DNA from: Chiloscyllium plagiosum
Lineage: Eukaryota
Length of the DNA: 64,000 nt
Assembly: GCF_004010195.1 (NCBI RefSeq)
Contig: NC_057743.1
Span: 7,610,352 to 7,674,351 of the forward strand
Direction: 5' to 3'
Both the position numbers and the translations under genes were made by a program. Within the stretch, counting starts at the first letter, position 1; each line of letters begins with the position of its first letter. The notes beneath the pieces are model-generated. The model saw only the letters and a program-made list of their open reading frames with translations, was not told the DNA's origin and did no database searches. This document shows positions 1 to 11,972 of the stretch, piece by piece.

Positions 1-186
1 CAGAGAGTTGTGAGAGCATGGAATGCGCTGCCAGCAGCAGTTGTGGAAGCAAGGTCATTGGGGACATTTAAGAGGCTGCTGGACATGCATATGGTCACAG
101 AAATTTGAGGGTGCATACATGAGAAACAATGGTCGGCACAATATCGTGGGCTGAAGGACCTGTTCTGTGCTGTACTGTTCTATGTT
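1..186 (+). mobile_element. CR1-type LINE 3' end
   Basis: Reads QRVVRAWNALPAAVVEA (CR1 ORF2 C-terminus), followed by the gggctgaaggacctgttctgtgctgtactgttctatgt tail. Confidence 0.8.
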
Positions 187-632
187 TAATATGTAAAGGG
201 AATGTCCAGCCAACTCTGAAGGCTCCACTAAGGCTATTCCAGAATACAGTGCTAGGTAACAATGCAAATAACATAGATGCTGTCTGACATTTCCTCATTG
301 TAAAGGCATGTCTGGCATCCCAATTGACATTCTATCTCTACGAGATGAAAAAAAAACAAATGGATTCTTTCTGATTATGATTCAAAACAGTGCAGACCAT
401 GCCCTTGTTGCTTTGTTATTAAACTTCTCTCTGGCACTAACCAAACTTATTACCAAATCACTCTACTAGAAACTAGAATACACATTTGAGAGTTGAACTG
501 TTAACTTTGTGAAGTTAAATGTCAATGGTGAGAATATATAAATTTATACCAGAGTCTATCAAATTACCAAAACATCTTAAACCTGAACAATGGTAAATGA
601 ACAAATGCAGTTGCAAAACATTTTGGGGCATA

Positions 633-754
633 CAATCTGACCCTATTAAGAATGGGTTGCTAATTTGGGCAAAAAATTTAAATAACTTCCAAAAATGAAT
701 GTTTATCCAACTTTTTATCCAAATTAGCAGCCCATCATTAATAAGGTCAGATTG
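633..754. mobile_element. 122-bp MITE-like inverted repeat flanked by TA
   Basis: TA|caatctgaccctattaagaatgggttgctaatttgg ... ccaaattagcagcccatcattaataaggtcagattg|TA; arms of about 43 bp with a few mismatches. Confidence 0.6.
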
Positions 755-938
755 TATATTAACATTAATTTTTGACGGAAAACATTAGCTGGCAAACTTC
801 TTGATCTGTTTAACAGTAATCTGGTGTACAGCATTAACTATAATAATTTAGACAACAAGACCTGCATTAACAAAAAGACAAACAATATAACAGGTGAAAC
901 TTTAATACTCCTGGGAATTAGTAGTATTTTGTTCTTAC

Positions 939-1051
939 CTTGGGGAACGCCAACCATTTATTGTAGGCGCATGCACCATCAGCTCATTTGAATTATACCC
1001 ATCTTCATAGCCAGAGCAGCTTATTGTAACAAATCCAATTTTATGTGGCAT
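939..1051 (-). CDS. CEP104: Centrosomal protein 104, first coding exon
   Basis: Translates to MPHKIGFVTISCSGYEDGYNSNELMVHAPTINGWRSP(R), matching the CEP104 N-terminus as recalled (human MPHKIGFVVVSSSGHEDGFSARELMIHAPTVSGWRSPR). Acceptor ttgcag sits 14 nt before the ATG (exon starts at 1065); donor AG|gtaag; 113 coding nt. Confidence 0.95.
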
Positions 1052-2205
1052 TCTGGAGTTCTATGCTGCAAGAGGTCACAGATAAATTAAACAATTGATG
1101 CACTGTCTCACAGCTACTCCATGCACAGATTGCAAGTAGTACATATATTTTAATTGAGATGTAAATGGGAAAACTTGTGTTTGGATTACTGTGTTGTAGA
1201 AATCTTTTTTGTGCAACTTGAAGGGGTTTTCTCCCATTGGTTATACAAGAACATTTAGCTTCTGGAGAAGCCAAATTTGATACTTTTATGAAGTTAAATG
1301 GCATAAAGTGTGTTTTTAGTGGAGGAAAAAGAACTGTCCAATGGTTTTAAGTTGCAGTTTGTCATACAACTGAGACAAGTGCATCAGCACTCAGACCTCC
1401 AAAGCAAACCAGACCTCTTTCTTCCCAGTACTCTGCGAATGGAAGAAAACTAGCACGAAAAGAAAAAGAACTTCGAACTCAAGCAATAGATTCAAGTCCA
1501 TATGATCAGCGACCAAATTGAAGATTACTCCAGTCAACAATGTGATATGATTGTCGAAGGCCAAGAGACCATGAGAAAGCCACCTCATTCCATTCTCATG
1601 CTATGAAATTTGTTCATTGTTGCCTAATTTTTCAACCCACTATGTTTCTGCAAAATTGCCTGTTTTTAAATTTAGAATAAATAGAACAGAGAGAACAGAA
1701 AATTTCAGATGATTTGACAAGGGAGATATGAAAAGAATGCCTCTTGAGAATGAATACAGACGAAGGAGCTTGTTTTAAAACAAATAACAGCAGGTGCTAG
1801 GGATTTGTTAGAAAAAAACAAATTGCTGGAGAACGAGTTCAGATGAATTGTCACCAGACTCAATACGATAACTCTGCTTTCTTCATGCAGGTGCTGCCAG
1901 ATCTACGTTTCTCCAGCAATTTCTGTTTTTGTATTGAATTTATACATACAGCGCACTACTTGAACATTTAAAAGTTTTTTAAAAATAAACTGCCAAGGTG
2001 TAAACTAGTCCACATTACAAAAATCAGGTTATGCTGAAATTTGCAGCAATATATATCCAATTTTAAACATAACTATTCAAAACTATTCAATTTAATTGGT
2101 CCAAACTTCAATTTACCAATAATGTACTTGAAATACTAATTAGGCATATAACTGTCAACAAGCTCAAGTTAAAAGGAATCCAACTGCTTAAGTGTTTTCA
2201 GTACT

Positions 2206-3548
2206 GAGTCATAAAGTTGTACAGCATGGAAACTGACCCTTCGGTCCAACCCGTCCATGCCGACCAGATATCCCAACCCAATCTAGTCTCACTTGCCAGC
2301 ACCCGGCCCATATTCCACGAAACCCTTCTTATTCATATATCCATCCAAAATGCCATTTAAATTTTGCAATTGACAAGCCTCCACCACTTCCTCTGGCAGC
2401 TCATTCCATACACGTACCACCCTCTGCGTGAATGAGTTGCCCCTTAGGTCCCTTTTATATCTTTTCCCCCTCACCCTAAAACTATGCTCTCTAGTTCTGG
2501 GACTCCCCCTTCCCAGGGAAAAGACTTTGCCTATTTATCCTATCCTTGCCCCTCATAATTTTGTAAACCTCTGTAAGATCACCCCCTCGACCTCCAACAC
2601 TCCAGGGAAAACAGCCCCAGTCTGTTCAGCCTCTCCCTATAGCTGAAATCCTCCAACCCTGCCAACATCCTTGTAAATCTTTTCTGAACCCTTTCAAGTT
2701 TCACAACATCTTTCCAATAGGAAGGAGACCAGAATTGCAGGCAGTATTCCAACAGTGGCCTAACCAATGTCCTGTACAGCCGCAACATGTACTCCCAACT
2801 TCTGTACCCAATCCTCTGACCAATAAAAGAAAGCATACCAAATGCCTTCTTCACTATCCTATCTACCGGCAACTCCACTTTCAATGAGCTATGAACCTGC
2901 ACTCCAACACTCTCTTGGACCTTTCCATTAACTGTATAAGTCCTGCTAAGATTTGCTTTCCCAAAATGCACACCCCGCATTTATATGAATTAAACTCCAT
3001 CTGCCACTTCTCAGCCCATTGGCACATCTGATCAAGATCCTGTTGTAATCTGAGGTAACCTTCTACGCTGTCCACTACACCTCCAATTTTGATGTCATCT
3101 GCAAACTTACCAACTGTACCTCTTATGCTCACATTCAAATCATTTATGTAAATGACAAAAAAGTAGAGGACCCAGCACTGATCCTTGTAGAACTCCACTG
3201 GTCACAGGCCTCCAGTCTGAAAAACAACCCTCCACCACCACCCTCTGTCTTCTACCTTTGAGCCAGTTCTGTCACCAAATGGCTAGTTCTCCCTTTATTC
3301 CATGAGATCTAACCTTGCTAACCAGTCTCCCATGGGGCACCTTGTCAAACGCCTTACTGAAGTCCATATAGATCACATCTACTGTTCTGCCCTAATCAAT
3401 CTTCTTTGTTACTGCTTCAAAAAACTCAATCAAGTTTGTGAGACATGATTTCTCAAGCACAAAGCCATGTTGTCGATCCCTGATCAGTCCTTGCCTTTTC
3501 AAATACATGTTCATCCCTGTTCTTCAGGATTCCCTCCAACAACTTGTC
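2206..3548 (-). mobile_element. CR1 LINE ORF2 (RT to 3' UTR), degenerate
   Basis: Frameshifted CR1 peptides YINDL..KFADDIKIGG, LYRTLVRPLLEYCLQFWSP and FTQRVVRVWNELPEEVVEA. Confidence 0.9.
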
Positions 3549-3559
3549 CAAGAGTTCTA

Positions 3560-4564
3560 GCGTACACCTGATCAGAGCCGCAGAAAATGGGGGAAGATAC
3601 TAAACGAGTATTTTGCACCAGTATTTACAGTGTAAAATGATATGGAAGATATAGAAAGGAGTGAAATAGATGGTGACACCTTGCAAAATGTCCATATTAC
3701 AGAGGAGGAAGTGCTAGATGTCTTGAAACGCATAAAGGTGGATAAAACCCCGGACCTGATCAGGTGTACCCTAGAACTTTGTGGGAAGCATGAGAAGTGA
3801 TTGCTGGGCCTCTTACTGAGATATTGTATCATCGATAGTCACAGGTGAGGTGCCGGAAGACTGGAGGTTGAATAACGTGGTTCCACTCTTTAAGAAGGAT
3901 AATAAGGACAAGCCAGGGAACTATTAACCAGTGAGCCTGATGTCGGCGGTGGGCAAGTTGTTGGAGGGAATACTGAGGGACAGGATGTACATGTGCTTGG
4001 AAAGGCAAGGACTGATTAGGGATAGTCAACATGGCTTTGTGCGTGGGAAATCATGTCTCACAAACTTGATTGAGTTTTTTGAAGAAGTGCAAAGAGAATT
4101 GATGAGGGCAGAGTGGTAAGATGTGATCTGTATGGACTTCAGTAAGGTGTTCAACAAGGTCCCCATGAGAGACTGGTTAGCAAGTTTAGATCTCACGGAA
4201 TAAAGGGAGGACTAACCATTTGGACACAGACTGACACAAAGGTGGTGGTGGAGGGTTGTTTTTCAGACTGGAGACCCGTGACCAGTGGAGTGCCACAAAG
4301 TTCGGAGCTGGGTCCACTACTTTTTGTCATTTACATAAATGATTTGGATGTGAGCATAAGAGGTACAGTTAGTAAGTCTGCAGATGACACCAAAATTGGA
4401 AATGTACTGGACAGCAAAGAAGGTTACCTCAGATTACAATAGGATCTTAATCAGATGTGCCAATGGGCCGAGAAGTGGCAGGTGGAGTTTAATTCAGATA
4501 AATGCAAGGTGCTGCATTTTAGGAAAGCAAATCTTAGCAGGACTTATACACTTAATGGTAAGGT
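3560..4564 (+). mobile_element. CR1 LINE ORF2 RT fragment, inverted relative to the preceding copy
   Basis: SQHGFVRGKSCLTNLIEFFEEV; [28 protein letters not shown]. Confidence 0.9.
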
Positions 4565-5656
4565 GTCAAATAGATCAAAGTTGACAGGGTCACATCCACA
4601 ATGTTAAATCAATTTATATAATTCATTACCATCTGCCTTCGGCAAAATAATTTCCAGGAAATTGTTTTGTGACTTCGTACTTGCAAAAAGGCACCCTAGA
4701 AAAACAAAAACAGCTTTACTCCTAAATCACCAGATTAGCTGGGCAACAGCTGCTGCTTGAACCAGTTTTCTACTTGTGAGGAAGGCACCAAATTTCAGAA
4801 TAACAAAAGGGCGTATGATGCATGACAAAACGTAATAACTAAACATAAATGATACTAATAGCCAAATAAGTTAATCAAAAACAATAAAGTCGATGGTGAT
4901 CTCATGAAAAACTCTTTCACAAACCAATACCTCTGGGCAAAATACATAATCTCTCTGTCTACATGACATGCAATCAATTCACTTACCTGCAATGCATCAT
5001 ACCACAAAACAAGTTTACAGAAAGAAAACATATCTCGTGAAGAACATGTTGCAGAGTTGATACAGCAGGCAAGATGTTGGGCCAGTGAAGATTTTCGAAT
5101 GTTCTTCCCCGATTGGAATATTAAAACGAAACTGGCAACAACAGATTATATCTGAAATTTCAAAGCTCACCAGTGGAGCCCTTCCTTATCCGAGCCTGGC
5201 CTGCACCACCCCCTTTCCCCCCATAACCTGCAATCGCTGACCCTGAACCCACCCCCAATACCTGCATTGGCTGGGCTCCCACATCGGGACAGAGCCACAG
5301 TGGCTCAAGGAATCGTTAGTTTGAGGGGGAAAGGGATCAGCATCCTCAGCAGAGGGTAAGGCAGTGAAGAGCCCTGCAGAGCCACCAAATGCTGGAACTT
5401 TCCATGAGCCTCATGGAGCGGCGCCAAACATCACGGAGGCCCCGAATCAGCCCGGGCTCCCGCCACCCGTTCTTTCAAACATTTACAAACGTGGTTATTT
5501 TAGTTCAAAAAAAAAAGAAAAGATCATGACATGCAAAACTTCACCTGGTTTGTGACACCACGGTCCAACAGGCGGCCAGCGAGGCAGCTCAAGGATCCAT
5601 ACCCCACCATCAGCCGCCACCACATCTCCATAACCACCACCATCAACAGCCAACAC

Positions 5657-5668
5657 GGCGCATGCGCC
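5657..5668. promoter_or_regulatory. NRF1 site (palindrome GGCGCATGCGCC)
   Basis: Exact GCGCATGCGC core; a second NRF1-like GCGCACGCGCA lies at about 5723-5733. Confidence 0.7.
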
Positions 5669-5684
5669 AATTTGCGATCCCATG

Positions 5685-5703
5685 GCCTTCTGGGAATTGT
5701 AGT
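5685..5703 (-). promoter_or_regulatory. ZNF143/THAP11 motif ACTACAATTCCCAGAAGGC
   Basis: Matches the ACTACAnnTCCCA consensus typical of vertebrate bidirectional CpG promoters. Confidence 0.75.
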
Positions 5704-6088
5704 TCCTGCGTAGCCTACTTTGGCGCACGCGCACCTCCTTTGATTCAGGCTCACCCAAGTCATCGCCTTCAATAAAGGTTAGTGTGTCAGCGTTTGTGCA
5801 GAGAGAAAATATTCGAGTCCTAAACGACCCTCATACTGATCAGGATACCGTTTAGCCTAATTATGCACACTTTCCCTGGAGATCAGCTTTTAGCTTAAAA
5901 AGGACAGTGTCCACTGCGCCACAGGAATGTGCTCAGACTTCATGCTCTTGTAAACAAGGGAATAAACTTGCATTTAATCAGCACTTTTCCCAGTCAATAA
6001 CCAGCATAGTCAATGAAGCATCTGATGGAATTCTCCCCATTTGCCTGGATAGGTGCAGCTCCAACAACACTCATGAAGCTTGACACAA

Positions 6089-6679
6089 GGTGAAAGTGAG
6101 GGCTGCAGGTGCTGGAGATTAGAGTTGAGAGTATGGTGCTGGAAAAGCACAGCATTAGGGCGTTTGCCTGAAACGTTGGCTCTCCTGTTCCAAGGATGCT
6201 GCCTGACCTGCTGTGCTTCTCCAGCACCACACTCCATATCCTCCACCACTAACGTGCAGTGTGCAGTATCTACAATGTGCACTGTAGAAATTCCCCAAAG
6301 CTCCTTCGACAGCACTTTCTAAATGCATGACCACTATATTTAGAAGCTTCGGGCAAAAGCCCTTCATCATTCCTGTAGAAGAGCTTTTGCCCGAAATGTC
6401 GATTTTCCTGCTCCTCAGATGCTGCCTGACCTGCTGTGTTTTTCCAGCATCACTCTAATCTGGACTCTAATTTCCAGAAGAAGGGCTTCCTGAAGAAGGG
6501 CTTCCTGAAGAAGGGCTTATGCCCGAAACGTCGATTCTCCTGTTCCCTGGATGCTGCCTGACCTGCTGCGCTTTTCCAGCAACACATTTTCAGCTCTGAT
6601 CTCCAGCATCTGCAGACCTCACTTTCTCCTCTAATTTCCAGTATCTGCAGTACTCACTTTTGCCTACTATATTTAGAAG
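6089..6679. mobile_element. Cluster of three short Penelope-derived terminal-repeat insertions (one nested) within an older LINE 3' fragment
   Basis: Repeated gatgctgcctgacctgctg..ttttccagc core. TSD actatatttagaag at 6333-6346 and 6666-6679; nested TSD ctctaatttccag at 6465-6477 and 6629-6641. Confidence 0.75.
6503..6534 (+). ncRNA. Minimal type I hammerhead ribozyme motif
   Basis: UC-CUGAAGA-A-GGGC(UUAU)GCCC-GAAA-CG-UC-GA: conserved core, 4-bp stem II, GUC triplet, very short stem I. Confidence 0.65.
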
Positions 6680-6983
6680 GACAGGCAGAGCAGATACATG
6701 GAGAAAGCACCTCCTCTGCCATCCTGATTTGGAAATGTATCACCATTCCTTCAGTGTCATTGGGTCAAAATCCGGGAATTCCTTCTCTAACAACATTGTG
6801 GATCTAACTGTGGCCCATGGACTGCAGTGATTCAAAAGAGCAGCTCACCACCACATTCTCAAGGGCATGTAGGGATGAGAAATGGACAGTTGGGGACATC
6901 TTTGAGATATTTAAAGTGATAAAAGCATTTTATAGAGAAAGTTCAAAGACCGATTTCTTCCTGTGAGGTAATCATAGCATCAC

Positions 6984-7357
6984 AAACATATAAATTAGAA
7001 GGAGCAGGCCATTCTGCCCATCTAACCTGCTTTTATATTTGAACAGATCATGGATGATCTGACTGTGATCTCAATTTTACTTTCCTGTCTACCACCCGCC
7101 CCTCCCAAATCTTTTACTCCCTTGCCAATAACAAGGATAGTCAGCAAGTCTGGCAGCATCTGTGCAGAAAAACATATAAATTAGAAGGAGCAGGCCATTC
7201 TGCCCATCTAACCTGCTTTTATATTTGAACAGATCATGGATGATCTGACTGTGATCTCAATTTGACTTTCCTGTCTACCACCCGCCCCCTCCCAAATCTT
7301 TTACTCCCTTGCCAATAAGAAGGATAGTCAGCAAGTCTGGCAGCATCTGTGCAGAAA
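6984..7357. repeat. Tandem duplication of a ~186-bp unit
   Basis: aaacatataaattagaaggagcaggcc...tgtgcagaaa starts at 6984 and again at 7170; about 2 mismatches. Confidence 0.9.
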
Positions 7358-7902
7358 AAGCAGAATCATGTTGAAACAGTGACTCTGCTTTCTCTCCACA
7401 GATGCTGCCAAGCCTGTTACGTTTCTCCAGCAATTTCTGTTTTTGTTTCAGATTTCCAGCCCCTGCACTTCTTTGCTTCTTGTCAAGGATAGTCAACATG
7501 GCTTTATCAGGGGTTGATATGTCTAACAAATTTGATTGAACATTTTGAGAATGTGACTAGATGTGCAAAGGGTAAAGCAGTGATGTCGCCTATATGGACT
7601 TCAGTAAGACATTTAACAAGGTCTTGCATAGCAAAACTGGTTAAGAAGCTAAGCGTCTAAAGATTCAGGGGAATTGGCAAATTGAATCCAAAATTAACTA
7701 GTGGCACGAAGCAGATGGTTGAAAGATTTTGTAACTGGAAGTCTGAATCCAGAGATGTACTAGGTTCAGTGCTGACTCCCTTGCTGTTTGTAGTCGAACT
7801 TATTTTTATGATCTAGATATGAACAGAGGACGTATAATCAGTAAGGTATCAGATGACATGTAAACAGAGAGGAGGAAAGCTTTAACATAAAGGACAATAC
7901 AG

Positions 7903-9835
7903 TGTTATGGAATAGACCATGCTCCCTCAAAATATTTTAAAATGTTAGCCTGGTCCCTAAATTTTTCTTATTTTAAAAGTAAATGTAAAGTTCTGTGTTC
8001 CAGATGCAACTTGACTGGTCAAACTACTTGATGTTAAGCAAAACGCAATTTGTTCAAACACTATGGTGAAATATAACAAAAGCAAGAAGAAATTAGAATA
8101 ACTTAACTCTATTGGAAAACTTAACAGAGCAATAGACATAGTAACAATTACTAAGTTACTTTCCAATATAGTAACATTCCATAAACACACCAATTGGCAA
8201 AAAGGCAAATTCAGAAATCAAATATTCTCACAATCAACCGCTCAATAAGAAGAGAAACCCCAGCTTCCAGCTGCAACTGAGAGAGGGAAAATATAGTTTC
8301 TACTTCCTCAAGACTCCAGCAGCTTTTGCTGAATCTAAAAGCTAAAGAAAACAGTATTTATGAATACTTGGAAAACCATAGTTTGATTAAAAATAGTCAG
8401 CATGACTTTGTGAAGGGCAGGTCATGCCTCACAAACCTGACTGAATTCTTTCAGGATGTGACAAAACACGTTGATGAAGCTAGAGCAGTGGATGTGGTGT
8501 GCATAGATTTTAGCAAGGTATTTCATAAGGTTTCCTAATGGTAGACTCATTCAAAAATTAAGGAGGCATGGGATACAGAGAAACCTGTCTGTCTGGATAC
8601 AGAACTGGCTGGCCTATTGAAGACAGAGGGTTGTGGTAGATGGAAAATATTCAGCCTCGAGCTCAGTGACCAGTGGTGTTCTTCAAGGATTGGATCTGGG
8701 ACCTCTGTTCTTTGTGATTTTTATAAATGACTTGGATAAGGAAGTGAAAGGGTGGGTTAGTAAGGTTGCCGATGACACAAAGGTTGGTGGAGTTGTGGAG
8801 AGTGTGGAGGACTGTTGTAAATTGCAAATTGACATTGACAGAATGCAGAGCTGAGCTGAGAAGTGGCAGATGGAGTTCAACCTGGAAAAATGTGAAGTCA
8901 TACACTTTGGAAGATCAAATTTGAATGCAGAATACAGGGTTAAAGGCAGGATTCTTGGCAATGTGGAGGAACAGAGGGATCTTGGGGTCCATGTCAATAG
9001 ATGCCTCAAAGGTGCCACCCAGGTTGATAGGGTTGTTAAGAAGGCATGTGGTGTCTTAGCTTTCATTAGCAAGGGTATTGAGTTTAAGAGCTGCAAGATT
9101 ATGCTGCAGTTCTATAGTCTTGGTTAGACCACAGTTGGAATATTGTGTTCAGTTCTAGTTGCCTCATTACAGGAAAGATATGGAAGCTTTAGAGAGGGTG
9201 CAGAAGAGGGTGCAGACCAGGATGCTGCTTGGAATGGAGGGCATGTCTTAGGAAGAAAAGTTGAGGGAGCTATGGCTTTTCTCATTGGAGAGAAGAAAGA
9301 TATGAGGTAACTTGATACAGGTGTACAAGATGTTGGGAGACATAGATAGAGTGGATAGCCAGAGACTCTTTCCCTTGGCAGAAATGTCTATCATGAAGGG
9401 GCAATTTTAAGGTAATTGGAGGAAGGTTTAGGGGAGATATCAGAAGTAGGTTCTTTACTCAGAGAGTTGTGGGTGCGTGGTATGCACTGCCAGCAATGGT
9501 AGTAGAGTCAGAGACATTAGGGCAACTCTTGGATAAGCATATGGAAGTTAGTACAATGAAGGGTATGTGGGTTAGTCTGATCTTAGAAAGGATAAAAGAC
9601 CAGCACAACATCAAGGGTTGAAGGGCCTGTACTATTCTATGTTCTTAAAACACCAGAAATCTTGGTCTGTCAGAGCTGGCCACACTCATCCAGGCTGCTG
9701 CTATTGTTCCAACTTTTAAAAAAAAGCCTCACACGCTATTTACGTTACCACAGACTACTTGGTACCTCTCATTCAATCTCTCTCTTAAAAGAAACCTGGA
9801 CAAAGTATACCTCTTAACGCCACAGCATCATCTCA
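7903..9835. mobile_element. Solo-LTR-like repeat interrupted by a CR1 and itself inserted in an older CR1 (about 7480-7900 and 9836-10620)
   Basis: Starts TGTTATGG and is homologous to the repeats at 44055-44700 and 56142-57478; CR1 RT homology resumes on both sides. Confidence 0.55.
8350..9645 (+). mobile_element. CR1 LINE, 5'-truncated
   Basis: SQHDFVKGRSCLTNLTEFF, FINDLD..ADDTKVGG, MEFNLEKCEVIHFG, EQRDLGVHV; tail aagggcctgtactattctatgttct. Confidence 0.9.
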
Positions 9836-11759
9836 ATGGATATGTTGAGATGGGTTGAACAATGACAAATGGAACTAAATCCATAAAAGTATAGGGTGAT
9901 GCATTTTGGAAAGACTAACAAGGCTAAGTACATGTTAAATGGTAGGACCCTGGGAGTACAGGGAATCAGATGGATCTTAGTGTGCATGTCCACAGATCCA
10001 TAAGGGTAGCAAGACAACATAGATAATGTGGTTAAGGAGGCATATGAGCTACTTGCCTTTTCAGTCAAGGCATTGAATATGAGCTAATGAGCAAGGAGGC
10101 TATGATGGATCTGTATATAACATTAGTTTGGCTTCAGCTGGAGTACTGTGTGCACTTCTAATCACTGCGTTACAGAAAGGATATAATTCCACTAGAGAGG
10201 GTGCAGAGGAGATTCACCAGTATGTTGCCTGAGCTGGAGTGATTCAGCCTTGGAGACGAGATTGGCTGGGATTATTTTCCTTTGAGCAGAGAAGACTGAG
10301 GGGGTCTGATTGTGGTGTACTGAGTTATGAGCGGCATAGATAGGGACAAATATCTCCTTTTAGTAGAAGGGTTAATGGGTTAACAGTTTTAAAGTGAGGA
10401 GCAGGAAAATTAGAGGGGATTTAAGGAATTAGTTTCACACAGAGGGTGGTGAGAATCTTGAGGTCACTGCCTAATAGTGTGGCAGAGGCAGGAGCTCTGA
10501 AGACATTTAATAAATACTTGAACCTCTACAGCATACAAGGCCAAATGCTGAATGGGATTAGAATAAATAGATGCTTATGTCCTGCACAGACACAAAAGGC
10601 CATTTTTTCTGTGCTGTAAAAATTCTAAGCATTATCCCATTCTTGAAATGTAAGTGAGGCCATACAACAGGAGTGAAAACAACAAACCCCCCTTTCACCC
10701 ACAGGACAGGGGAAATTTAGAATCTTATTCTCACAAATGACCCTAGATACTGGCAGAATTGAATCTTTTAAGACTGAGATGAAAAGGTTTTCATTCAATA
10801 AGGGTATCACAAAGGATATGGATCAAAAGTTGGTAAATGACCTTGATTTGCAGATCCACCGTGGATAGTGGAACAGGCTCGAAGCTCCAAAAGCCTCTTT
10901 CTGTACATCTTTATCCTTTGCATACTTCAACTGCAACATTCGTTCACGAATGCTAACCATACAAGTTTTTAGTCGCCTTATGCACAGATTAATCACACTG
11001 TAAAAATCTTTAAAAAGGACTTTGACAGAGCTACAAATGCATTATTTTGTGGACGACGTTCGTGCAGTGCGCAAGCAACGCCGCCAGTTCCCTATCCTTT
11101 GTTATTGTAATTGTCAATTTTGCTTCCGCTGTGAAGGGTTACACCCGAGACGTCAACTTCTCTAGCTCCTGGTGCTGCCTAGCTTGCTGTTTTCTTCCAG
11201 CCTCCTACTTGTCTATCCCTTTATATTTGGCCAGTTACAAATCCAATGGAAATCGAGCTGGAAGAGCGGAAGCTTATCTGTCAACTCGGCAGATTCAAAA
11301 ATTTTACATCTCCTGCTGGCATCTTTATTCCCCCACCACTGTTTCAATTTTCTTGCATTTCCTTACATTGTATTCTCTTCTGTTTTGCATTCAGTGAGGT
11401 CAGCCACTCTTCATCAGGGCCACATTTTTGTTTCTTTATCAATTTTCACAAAACCGTTCGTCATTTCATGCCTCTTACCCGATCACAAACCTTCTCTTTT
11501 GTTCATACCACATCCCTCCCTTCCACCTGCTTGAAACGTTTAACATTTCCATTATTTTTCAGGTCATACACGACTTAAAACTTCAACTTTTTTCGCACGG
11601 CATGGAACCCAAATGACACGGAATTCCCAATATTTTCGCGCGTTATTTTGTTGCAAATCATCCAACACCAGCACAAAGGGAAGAAACAATCAGCAAGCCC
11701 TTTACTGTATTCAGTTGTCCCTGCGTGTGTGTATTTGATAGTCAACAATGTCACCAAGC

Positions 11760-11867
11760 AGGACATTCAGGAACTTCCTCCCCTTATTCCGACATTTGTC
11801 AAGCTGGGGGCTCGGAGAGTGCATGCGCACTTGCGTTTCCTTGTAACAAAAAGTTCCTAGTTTTAAC
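11760..11867 (+). promoter_or_regulatory. DFFB proximal promoter / 5' UTR candidate
   Basis: NRF1-like GTGCATGCGCAC (11819-11830) and ETS-like caggaacttcc just upstream of the ATG; mild CpG enrichment. Confidence 0.45.
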
Positions 11868-11972
11868 ATGGGGACCATATTCAAAGTGAGGAGTTTGAAG
11901 ACTGACAGAACGTATGGAATCGTAGCCAGAGACTTGGAAGATCTAATGACAAAGGGATGCCAGAAACTGCAG
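11868..11972 (+). CDS. DFFB: DNA fragmentation factor subunit beta (CAD), coding exon 1, CIDE-N domain
   Basis: MGTIFKVRSLKTDRTYGIVARDLEDLMTKGCQKLQ; donor CAG|gtgaa; 105 nt, phase 0. Confidence 0.92.

Larger units (their letters stand above)
5180..5800. promoter_or_regulatory. CpG/GC-rich promoter region of CEP104, probably with a non-coding exon 1 on the - strand
   Basis: Local CpG enrichment upstream of the first coding exon. Candidate minus-strand donors at 5545 (CAG|gtgaag), 5171 (CTG|gtgagc) and 4987 (CAG|gtaagt). Confidence 0.7.

Noticed and set aside
6380-6640. Repeated gatgctgcctgacctgctg units that could resemble a CRISPR array
   Set aside because: Vertebrate context, irregular spacing, both orientations and TSDs show these are retroelement termini.
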